Below, in pieces: positions 11,016 to 20,416 of a DNA stretch of 64,000 bases; the first letter of the stretch is position 1, and each line of letters starts with the position of its first letter. The translations under genes and the position numbers were made by a program. The stretch lies in assembly GCA_977017575.1 (NCBI GenBank), contig CDRNVI010000004.1, forward strand, positions 62,001-126,000, in the 5' to 3' direction. Origin of the DNA: Paramoeba atlantica. Its lineage: Eukaryota; Protista; Discosea. A model generated the notes under the pieces. The model saw only the letters and a program-made list of their open reading frames with translations. It made no database searches and was not told where the DNA came from.

Positions 11016-11313
11016 TATTTCTTCACTAGATATGATATTCATGCAGTTTAACTGCAGAGATTGATACCCAGAAGATGCATCACTAGCATGCAATCCTCGC
11101 ACAAAACGAGTTTCTCCTACGTTTTTAAAACCTTCACGAGCACGTGCCCTCACTCCACTGCTCAATGTCGCGAATATTAAAAGCAACATACCTATACCTA
11201 GATAACATACCTATACCTTGACAGCATCCCGGGGGGTATGTTAAACGGGTATATGATTCCGCTTTCATTGTGACATCAATAATTGGGATTGCCAGATATG
11301 CATTGCCCCTGAA

Positions 11314-12927
11314 TCAAAATTCGAAGGGTGTATCGGACACTAGTAATGGAGCAACACGAGAACACGGTTTCACGCTATTTTCTTCGTCAATCAAAGGACT
11401 CATTGAAGGAAACCGTTTCCTCAGTGCTTTACTAAACTTTTTGTAAAATTCCGCGCGTTTCCTTTCTGCCGAATCACTCTCTGAGTCATCATCTACCCCA
11501 TTCAACCCGGTAATACCCCTCGGAGAGGCATGTAGAAAACGCAACACATACCGCAGGTTGTAATCCCCCACATAATTCTCCGTAAACGCGATACTTTCCT
11601 CGAGATTAACCACCATATGCCACCACCCACAAGGGACAAAAAGAACATCCCCCGTCCTCGTCTCCGCTTCGCAACACATCACACGCGACCTTGTTGCCCC
11701 ACCCCACGACGCTGCGACACGGCTCCTCCTCTTTTTTCCTCTTTGTATCCCCCCCCTCCCCGGGGCCGTGCCATACGCCTCCACCACCCCGCGGTAGTAC
11801 GTCATCACTCACTCCATTAAACTGGGCGAGGTGGCGAGCTCGACCCCGTCGGGGCTACGCACCACCCCGGGGGGGTCTCTACCTTCCGGGGGGAAGAACA
11901 GCCACCACTTACGTCCCCGAAGGGTCGCGTTCCACGCGCTGGTCCCGTTCGGGTCGGTGTGGAAACTACTCCCGCTTCTTGTTGGCCCCACCACGAGCCA
12001 CCGATGGTGGGGCCGGGCGGCTTCCCCGAGCACGGAGAAGTGGTCCTGGGGGAAATGCGGGAGGGAGAGGTTCACACCGGTAAGGACATGGGGGTCGAAG
12101 AGATAGAAGGGGCGCTCCCCGTGGAGGGTGGGGGTGTGGAGGTAGGCGTGGTAGGCGGGGAGGGAGAGGGAGAGGGACTCACACTGGAGGAGACGCTCAG
12201 GGCTGTGGAGGGCGGGGAGGTGGGCGGGGAGGTGGGCCGGGGTGGAGAGGGGGGAGAGGTGGGGCCAGTAGTGTTGTACGGCCCCGCGGAGGATGACGGG
12301 GGTGTTGGGTTTTTCGTAGTGCTCGGTGAATTGGGGGGGAGGGAGTTGGGTGACGTGGAGGGCGGGGACTTGGGGGAGTGTTTTACCGGTGTGGCGTCGT
12401 TGTTCTGTTAAATAAGTGGAGGGATCGGTTGCGGCGCATCGCCACAAGTGGAATAAATAATCGCTGTATACTCCGGAAACCGAGAGGGGGACATGAGGTT
12501 GGCCCGTTACGAGAGTTTTCCAAAACGTTTCACGATTTCGCCCGGTAAGATTTTGTAGGGTATGACTTTGCAAATTTTTGAGATTTTTGTGATTGTGTTT
12601 GAGAGCAGACTTTTCTTTTTCGTTCACATAGCCAATGCAATATAACTTACGCCAGAGAGCATCAGCATGCGTCAGTGTGTACCATAATTTGTTTGTGCAC
12701 GAAAGAACACAGAGTTCCTTAGGTTCACAATATTCTAGCAAATTTTCTACGACGAAAAAGTGAGAAAGGTGACATAGCGAACGACCTAAATTGGAGAGCG
12801 GAGTGTCCTTGCTAACAGGTTCCTCAACGTAGAAAGAGTTTTCTTTAGAATCAGGTTGTGTTTCGCGGGTTCGAGTATGCGAAAGATGATTCCCTTCCGG
12901 AAGGACCCCATAAGAGTATACACACAT
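11314..12927 (-). CDS. F-box-like + JmjC-domain protein (JMJD6-related); one in-frame TGA at 11809-11811
   Basis: GVLPEGN N-terminus, F-box-like LCVLSCTNKLWY, JmjC RWLVVGPTRSGSSFHTDPNGTSAWN and GDVLFVPCGWWHMVVN. The two ORF-track pieces are in the same frame. Confidence 0.85.
11590..12400. other. GC-rich island with C-to-G skew flip (#2, mid-gene)
   Basis: C-rich to about 11900, G-rich from about 12040. Confidence 0.85.
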
Positions 12928-13322
12928 AAGAAAACTTTCTAATGCTCAAAAAACGACGTTGCTGTATTGTGTGTGGAGACTTGGATAGAATTTGTACAGA
13001 GGCATTGAGGTCGATTTCTCATTTAATGCTCGCTTTTTCGTCCTGTAAACAAATCTATTAAAAAGAACTCAACACAAATACAATATGGTCAACGTAATCT
13101 ATCAATAACAGAAATAAAGGTCTGTAGTAAAATAGTGATAGAACCCTTTGAAGTACCTGTAAGCCTACACATGACAGGGTAACATAGGGCGATTCTTTGC
13201 TCAGCTCCGCACAAAGCGAAATGGTTCCATGCCGCTCATAAAATATTTTTTTCCCTTTTGAAAGCTAGAAATGCACACGTCCACTTTCATATTCATGATC
13301 CTGACGCTTCGTGCCAGACTTT

Positions 13323-16300
13323 TTATGTCGATCGCTTCGCCGCGGTGCCCGTTCTACGTCCCACAGCATCCAGTAACTTCACCATCTCTGGAATCGCCTG
13401 TAGCGCGGGCTGGGTCCAAAACTCATACTGTGCACGATTTCCTGTGAGCTCTACAAACGTCACCAGCAGACCCCAGGGATGGGGACGGTGCACCAGGACC
13501 CGTTCCAGCAACACCCGGGTGAGCTGCTCGCGGTACCACAAGGCATCTGAATTTTTTTCCTTCGCCAAAACAGGACTAGAATTTTCATATAAACTTAAAA
13601 TTAGCCGGGAGGTCACATAGGTCTGGGCACAGGGATACCGCAGGTGGTTGGCCAGAGCAGAGAACACACCATAGCGCTCATAGGCGACCATTCGGGATGT
13701 CACCGAGGCAAGTAGCACTACTGCATTCTGGATTGCGCTGGACAAGGTTAACCGGCGGCTAGCCTCCTCCTTGTTTTGAGCGACGTGAACGAAAACCTCA
13801 GCCACGTGGTGCACGAGACGTGAAATCACAGCCTCGGGGAGGAAGGAGCGGGACTGGGGATGGGCCCCGTACTCACCGCCCATGTGCTCACGAAAAAGCA
13901 GCGCTAACTTCTGTGGGAGATTCTCGGGCTGTTTCTCGGTAATGAATTTCTGTATTTCGGTTGAGAGTGTGACATTCAAGGCCTCGGACTTGGAGGATTG
14001 CAACAGAGTGCCGTAGTGTGCTGGAAAGGGGAGTAACGTTCGCATTTCTGGAAGTTCCTGGTCAGCAAAAAGCTTCACGGTGAAGGGATCGGGCAGCTTA
14101 AGGGCCCGAGGAAACGCAGCCAAAGGAATGTTTCGGAGTTGGATGCACTCGTTGGGTATGACCTCCGCCAGCGCAACACCACAGGTGTACATGTAGTTTG
14201 GAAAATCGTGCAGGAGAATGAGAAGAGTACGAAGCAGTGCCTTGTGGAAAAGGCGAAACCCATTGGAAATGGTACCATCTTGTAGGACGGGAGACATTGT
14301 GCTGAGAAACGTCAAAGCCTCGCGGAGCAACATCGTGCATCGATCGCGAGAGCTGCGCACGACAGTTTCCGAAACGCCTTTCTGAGACACGCTGAGCAGC
14401 TTGGGCAAGAAGCACCGATGAGATACAAGCTCGAGCCATCCGAACGCAAACCCGGGAACTCTTTGTGGCGAAAGGTTCACCAAGGCGTCAACTGTTGCAT
14501 TTAAGTACCTTTGTACTGCAGAGGATCGAAACTCGTCGGTTCGAGAGGTCGCACTTTGAGTGAACAGAACAATGAATAGGTTTGACAGCATGCGAAAATA
14601 GGGTTGCTGTTGAAACTCTTGCTGCATCTCGTGCGCAGAACTCATTTCAGGAATATCTCGAGACGAGCTTCTGGAAGCGAAGTAGCTGTGGTTTCGCAAT
14701 AAAACTTTCTGAATCGCGTCGAGAGTACGACTCACAAGAGCTACTTCTGCTTGCAGGCATTGCATTCGGGCGCTGTCAGGCTTTTCAGTTTCGCCTGTTG
14801 ACTCTGCAACCTTTTGGTCCACAGTTGACAAATCTTTTTCTGTCGTTTGAGCGCCCCAACCACAACATTTTATGAGCAGGACGATGAGGTCCGTATAAGC
14901 ATCAATGCTCATGTATGCTTTGTTAGTGAATTCTTTATTCGAAGGCATTGAGTCCGATACTCCACCGTTCTTCCCATCTTGGTTCTCAGAATCCGTGCGC
15001 GCTGAGTAACACAGAGTCGTGAGACAGTTTTCAACACAATATTCGAGCAATACAGTCAGGAACGCCTCTAGTCGATAGTCCGCTTTTATCATCCCGTTTC
15101 GTTGCAATTTTCCGACAAATGTCATTGCCTGTTGCTGGGGCGTCGGCTGTGGGCTTGACCCTTCTTCGCTTGATGCACCGGTAGAAAGAAGAGCCTTTTT
15201 GGCGCATATGTGCATCCATTCACGAAAATATGTACGACATTTGTGTCGAAATTCCGGATCACGCACACCAGACGGAATGCGAACACGACGTTTGGAACCA
15301 TAACTATCACCTGTTTGATCATTCATGTCGCGCGACAACTTTGAAGACTCATGCATCTTTTCCTTAGTTTTCATTTGTTCCGCAGCAGGTCCTGTTTTCT
15401 CTCGAGCCATTTGAGCAATCTTTTCCAAAGCTTCTAAAGTTGATTTCAAATTTTTCTGCGACGCCAGTTTTTCGTCGACCAAGCAACGTTGAACAATGGT
15501 GCCCGTAAATTCGACGACGCTTCTGCCCCGTGAGAGATCCGATGAGGCGTTCAATGTCCGAGTTAGGTGACGATCAAGCTCTTCAATGTTAATAAGTCGC
15601 AAACGGATAAAACTTACCGTAATTTCTTTCAACGACCAAAGTTTTTCGTGTTTTAAGAGCAGATATGTAAGTTCTTCCACTACCTTGGGGTCCTTATCTC
15701 GTGCAGATTGCAAAATGAGTAAATAAGTTTCCGAGATGAGCTGTAGAGCGCGGCTTTGTGCCGGGTCAGCATTCTTCGGCAAGGCGCCCCCTAAGGCTAC
15801 AATTTTCTGAAATACATGCCGCGTGACTTGAAGAGCGCTGGACGCGGATATCATAGACGGAATGCGGCAAAGCCATTGTTTAATACGCTTGTGTTGTGGG
15901 CTAAGTGTGCTGGAAGCAAAATTTTGGTGCGTTAAGCCAAGGTGACAGTCAGGCTGTTGTAGATAGTGTTTGATCGCTTCAGCTTCAATGTCTGACGTGA
16001 GATTGTTCAATTGATCCACGCTTGATGATATTTGGGATGTAATAATCTTACTAGAGTCTATCCTACCGAACCCGTCATAGACCCGTTTATGAAGACCTTG
16101 CAATCCTTCACGCGGGCAAAGAACGTCCGGGAGAGTAGTTATGCATCGCATCGAGCGCTCTTCAAGTACTTGCTGCTCCGGAAACGTACCGGATGCTTTC
16201 TGCATTCTTCTTTTCTCAAATACTGGACGCATGATGGTCTCTGTTAGTGAACTCGCACTTTCCGTCGCTATTTCTTGCACAACCTCCATGCAACCTTGTA

Positions 16301-19300
16301 TGTTTTCTGAAAGGATACTATCCACTAACTCACATACTGTTGAATTCGACTCACGTGGAAAGTTTTGCGTTAGGAGGGCGAAGAGGTTTTTACGTGCTGC
16401 TGCCAGAAAGGGTTCCCTACAGGAGACTAAACCGAGGCTGCATGTGAGATGTCTCGCCATTAACTGAGCATACCGTCGTAGTGAGCCGTCGTCTGGGTCA
16501 CGTTGAAAATCTTTTGACGTTACTTCACGAGTAGTGTGACCAATTACGGTCAGGGTTTTCTCGAGGATGGGATGGATGACTTCACGGAACGTGTTTTCAA
16601 GGGTTTGATGAATCATGGTATCCACACCAGGTTTCAACGCTAATGACTTTGTCGAGGCACGATACATAGGCAAGTGAAATTTTCCGGGATCAATGTGGGT
16701 GTGTTTCGGTCCTGGTGCCAAGGGGACTACTTTGGCAGTCCCAAAGGGGCGAGTGGTGGGACCTTGAGAGGCGGCTAAGGCCGGGGCTGCATATTCCGCT
16801 CGATTGGTAATGCCTGTCGAGTGAGCCGTGGAAATATTCTGCGCGATAGCTGGCGAGTTCTGCATCGCTGCGAGACTACCCACATTCGGGTCTATCACGT
16901 TTGAGGGGGCTTCTGTTCCATCAGCACGCATCTCGTATGATTCATCAGAAGAGGAACTGCGTATGCGTGCACCCGAGGCAGCATGGAAGTCAACTGAGTT
17001 CGATAAATCTAGATTCTTGTAAATCATGGAAATCTTTGAGCGAAAGTCCGGAGAATGTGTCTTGCTTCGCTCTACTAAGGCCTGAACCGTGGTCTTAATT
17101 CTGTTGCATAAAACTTCAATTTCGAAGCGCAGTGTTAGACGAAGATCTGGTAGCTGATACAGCTCGGCTAAAACGTTTAAAACGCTCAGAACCCAGGGAT
17201 TACGACTGTGAAATATGCGGCTCAGCGGGACGCTGTCGAGAATTTTGGCCACGAAAGGAACGGACGCTATCAATTTTCCGTCGCGCATTGTTTGCAAAAG
17301 CAACTCTTGAATGTGTAAGTCTTTAGCTAAAATAGGCTTGTCCCGTGCCAGAGTCAACAAACCTATCCATGCTCCAAGATTTTTTAGAATAGTTCGCTCG
17401 TTCGAAACAAGTCGAATTTTCTCGGAATCTATATATTGACATACGGAGGCATAAGACAGGTGGAGCAAAATAGTGTCGAAGCTGTGTCGGTTCATTCTTT
17501 CTAACACGCGCACGTAATTTCGGTGATAATTGGGTTCAAGCTTAATGCGCTTGTTGATCAAATAGTCAGCAAAGAATCGATAGGTTGGCGGTGTTATCTT
17601 TTCTGACAATTCTTTACTAAACATTTCAATGTTATGCGTATCCAAGTTATTGAATAGAAAGGCAACACGGTCCTGCAGTTCTCTTGGAGGTGGTACATCC
17701 TCTCCTGATAAAGACTTCAGAGCATTTTCCCCAAGATATTGAGTTATGTCGGGAATCGATTTCACTATCTCTGGTACAGCCGGTAGCAAATGAAGGCAAT
17801 ACTGGGGCCATTCTGATAGTCGATGTTTAAAAGCATCTAGTACAGATATTGAAAGCTCTTGAACCTCCTTAGATGATGGCCGTACAATGCCTTGTAGGAC
17901 GAACTTCAGGATCGCTCCTAGACCAGCACTTCCACCAGATATGGGAAGCAGGTTATCGACAACAAGAATCCCTAATATTTTGGCAACTTGACTACGCTGA
18001 GAAGGGGTCCAAGCTTTACATCGACGAGTGTCGGAAAGTAAGACTTCTGAGAAATGCAACACGAAGTGGCAGTCTTCAGCTGAAGAATGTTTCGCATGCT
18101 CTTCAAGAAGAGCAACAGTTTCGTCGACTGTAACATAATGCTCCAATAATCTTTCCTTTACAAGTTTAGCAGCAGATTCATCATGTCCTTTATCTCGAAG
18201 GTCGTCTATAATCGACTTGGTCTTGGATACAGGTTGGTCGTTTTCTGTTGAACCCATTAAGGGGCTTAATTCCTCAGAAATGAGAGTGAGAGCTTTAGAT
18301 AATAAATCAGGTATCGGAGCACTGCGGAGACCGCATAATAAGCTATTCATGAGATTTATCTTAGAGCCCCAATCAGTTGCACATGTTGGTGATTCTGAAC
18401 TTTTTTGATTCCCATGAGCGATCCTATCCCGAAATTCCAAGACGAAATCGTCAAGATTCTGTACGATAGATGCGCATAAGTCAGGGGCACTAAACTTTAC
18501 AGGTGTTTGATTGTGCAGTACGGAACTAATCCATTTGCGGAACGAACTCCAAGGTGTCTCGTGAAAGTATGGATGACACAATTTAATGACGGCATTAACG
18601 GCTGGAACGAATGTTGCGTTATCTAGAAAGCTCGTCATAACTTTCGCACCGCAAAAATCGACATCTTCGGCGTAGTATTCAAATCTTGGCTTGTCCTTTT
18701 CGCAAGCGTTGATGATAGCATCTGAGATCAATGTGGGATTAACCTCCATTAAGAGTTTGTTTTCCTCTGCTGATGTTTCGTCATTCGAGCTGCGTAAATG
18801 TGTGAGAAGAAGATAAGTACATTCGCACCCGAATTCGTAATATTGGGCGCTCTCTATAGGCTCGTTGAAGACTAACTGCACCGTTCGGAGCAAATCTTGG
18901 GCATGCGAACAAATGGGATCTTGCAGCAGATCAAGAACTTCACGATACTGCTTAGCAGACGCCCCTAGTCGCAACAACGCTTTCAGTACTCTTTGATCAC
19001 AATGGGGGACGTCAGCACCTTCGGGATATTTCACAACTGTCGGAGGGCATCGTAACAGATACGTGATGCATTTTAATTGGCCCTCGGTGTTCTCCCATAA
19101 GTTCAGAAACGGGTCTACGGGTAGAAACGACTCGTTAAAAAGGATTTGATAGAGTTTTATCAGATTCAGAATCGCTCGATTCGAAGATGGGAAGAATCCA
19201 ACGTAATCCAGACTGGAGAGGACCTTTTGAGGCGACAAGTGAGATATGTGGGGTAGAAAAATCTCACAAAAAGCTTTTAAATCCCACGCATCCGATGAGT

Positions 19301-20159
19301 GCGTCGTATTGTTTGCTTTGTCATTGCTAAGTTGAGACCCTGTAAGCAACGAGAGGGATTCAAGACGTTCAGAAAGCATTGAAAGAGAAGCATTGGATGG
19401 AATTTCGTACGGATTTATTATAAGCCCTATAACTGAGGCTAGCTGCTTTTCAGTTAAACTTGATTGAGGTAGAGTTGCTAGGTAGCTCATTAAAAGATCA
19501 CGATGTTGAAGAAGGGGAGGCCCAAGCTCTTGTAATAGTCCATCAAGCCGAGGCACTGGAATCTGCATTGCCTGAGGTGACTCGGATTCTGTTTTCAAAA
19601 CGGGCATGGTCGCATCTTTTAAAGATAAAAATTCGGGACATTCGTCTGTGCCATCTTGTATCAGTGTCTCGAAAGACAAACATAGTTTTTTTGGCGCTTG
19701 AGACCATTTAGAGTCCAAGAATTTCGGGGCGACTAATTCTTGAAGCAGTACGTAAGACTCACGACGGAGAGCTTCATTTTCATGATGGATAAATTTTAGA
19801 AGAGCCGACAATTGTACGGAAAATTCAGCATTCGCAACACAGTAACGCAAGGCTTCTATGCTCCAACTCAACTCTGTTAGGATACTGGTGGAATCGTGAT
19901 CGAGGGCTGCAAAAGAAGCACGAAGCGCATGAAGCATGAATTTTTCCTTGTCTTCGGCGGTAGTTTTGCTGATGAAATCTTGCGTTTCGCTTAGCAGTAT
20001 ATGAAGAATCGATCTCTGTACGTCTCCACCAAACGAATTTTCGTCGTCGTTGAATTCCTCACTGAAAACTTGAAGCTTTTCCTCCAAATCTGTGTTCAAT
20101 TCGGCGATCTCTAGTATCTTCCTCCGAACATGCTTGAACACCGTAGTGGACAAGCTCAT
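13323..20159 (-). CDS. CNOT1: CCR4-NOT scaffold subunit NOT1
   Basis: 2278 aa; DRVAFLFNNL, EPNYH, LKNLGAWIGLLTLARDKPIL, PGFAFGWLELVSHR and HRPHPWGLLVTF motifs. Confidence 0.95.
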   Translation of the reverse strand: MSLSTTVFKHVRRKILEIAELNTDLEEKLQVFSEEFNDDENSFGGDVQRSILHILLSETQDFISKTTAEDKEKFMLHALRASFAALDHDSTSILTELSWSIEALRYCVANAEFSVQLSALLKFIHHENEALRRESYVLLQELVAPKFLDSKWSQAPKKLCLSFETLIQDGTDECPEFLSLKDATMPVLKTESESPQAMQIPVPRLDGLLQELGPPLLQHRDLLMSYLATLPQSSLTEKQLASVIGLIINPYEIPSNASLSMLSERLESLSLLTGSQLSNDKANNTTHSSDAWDLKAFCEIFLPHISHLSPQKVLSSLDYVGFFPSSNRAILNLIKLYQILFNESFLPVDPFLNLWENTEGQLKCITYLLRCPPTVVKYPEGADVPHCDQRVLKALLRLGASAKQYREVLDLLQDPICSHAQDLLRTVQLVFNEPIESAQYYEFGCECTYLLLTHLRSSNDETSAEENKLLMEVNPTLISDAIINACEKDKPRFEYYAEDVDFCGAKVMTSFLDNATFVPAVNAVIKLCHPYFHETPWSSFRKWISSVLHNQTPVKFSAPDLCASIVQNLDDFVLEFRDRIAHGNQKSSESPTCATDWGSKINLMNSLLCGLRSAPIPDLLSKALTLISEELSPLMGSTENDQPVSKTKSIIDDLRDKGHDESAAKLVKERLLEHYVTVDETVALLEEHAKHSSAEDCHFVLHFSEVLLSDTRRCKAWTPSQRSQVAKILGILVVDNLLPISGGSAGLGAILKFVLQGIVRPSSKEVQELSISVLDAFKHRLSEWPQYCLHLLPAVPEIVKSIPDITQYLGENALKSLSGEDVPPPRELQDRVAFLFNNLDTHNIEMFSKELSEKITPPTYRFFADYLINKRIKLEPNYHRNYVRVLERMNRHSFDTILLHLSYASVCQYIDSEKIRLVSNERTILKNLGAWIGLLTLARDKPILAKDLHIQELLLQTMRDGKLIASVPFVAKILDSVPLSRIFHSRNPWVLSVLNVLAELYQLPDLRLTLRFEIEVLCNRIKTTVQALVERSKTHSPDFRSKISMIYKNLDLSNSVDFHAASGARIRSSSSDESYEMRADGTEAPSNVIDPNVGSLAAMQNSPAIAQNISTAHSTGITNRAEYAAPALAASQGPTTRPFGTAKVVPLAPGPKHTHIDPGKFHLPMYRASTKSLALKPGVDTMIHQTLENTFREVIHPILEKTLTVIGHTTREVTSKDFQRDPDDGSLRRYAQLMARHLTCSLGLVSCREPFLAAARKNLFALLTQNFPRESNSTVCELVDSILSENIQGCMEVVQEIATESASSLTETIMRPVFEKRRMQKASGTFPEQQVLEERSMRCITTLPDVLCPREGLQGLHKRVYDGFGRIDSSKIITSQISSSVDQLNNLTSDIEAEAIKHYLQQPDCHLGLTHQNFASSTLSPQHKRIKQWLCRIPSMISASSALQVTRHVFQKIVALGGALPKNADPAQSRALQLISETYLLILQSARDKDPKVVEELTYLLLKHEKLWSLKEITVSFIRLRLINIEELDRHLTRTLNASSDLSRGRSVVEFTGTIVQRCLVDEKLASQKNLKSTLEALEKIAQMAREKTGPAAEQMKTKEKMHESSKLSRDMNDQTGDSYGSKRRVRIPSGVRDPEFRHKCRTYFREWMHICAKKALLSTGASSEEGSSPQPTPQQQAMTFVGKLQRNGMIKADYRLEAFLTVLLEYCVENCLTTLCYSARTDSENQDGKNGGVSDSMPSNKEFTNKAYMSIDAYTDLIVLLIKCCGWGAQTTEKDLSTVDQKVAESTGETEKPDSARMQCLQAEVALVSRTLDAIQKVLLRNHSYFASRSSSRDIPEMSSAHEMQQEFQQQPYFRMLSNLFIVLFTQSATSRTDEFRSSAVQRYLNATVDALVNLSPQRVPGFAFGWLELVSHRCFLPKLLSVSQKGVSETVVRSSRDRCTMLLREALTFLSTMSPVLQDGTISNGFRLFHKALLRTLLILLHDFPNYMYTCGVALAEVIPNECIQLRNIPLAAFPRALKLPDPFTVKLFADQELPEMRTLLPFPAHYGTLLQSSKSEALNVTLSTEIQKFITEKQPENLPQKLALLFREHMGGEYGAHPQSRSFLPEAVISRLVHHVAEVFVHVAQNKEEASRRLTLSSAIQNAVVLLASVTSRMVAYERYGVFSALANHLRYPCAQTYVTSRLILSLYENSSPVLAKEKNSDALWYREQLTRVLLERVLVHRPHPWGLLVTFVELTGNRAQYEFWTQPALQAIPEMVKLLDAVGRRTGTAAKRST

Positions 20160-20416
20160 TAAGGAGTCTTCTGAGACTATAACGTGGTAAAAAAGTGTCT
20201 AGTACATACAGTATATTTGTTACGTACAATAACAGATGGTTGAAAACAATAGCTGCTATGTTCGTTACTCAAACGTGGAATGATAGTGTAATATAGCCAT
20301 TTGTTGTACCAAGCATGCAAAGAGTATTAATACTATTAATACGGTATACAAGTATACCGCAGCTAAAAATATTCTTCGAGGTCGTTTTTCTGGTAACAAG
20401 CCAAGTAAAGTCACTT

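Larger units (their letters stand above)
9068..11249. mobile_element. ~2.2 kb decayed TA-flanked DNA transposon with nested insertion
   Basis: Ends GCCGTTCAGCATAC / rc CCCGTTTAACATAC (11/14); TA at 9066-67 and 11250-51. Subterminal ATACC(T)..GATAAC / GGGGTATG motifs occur at both ends. Confidence 0.55.
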
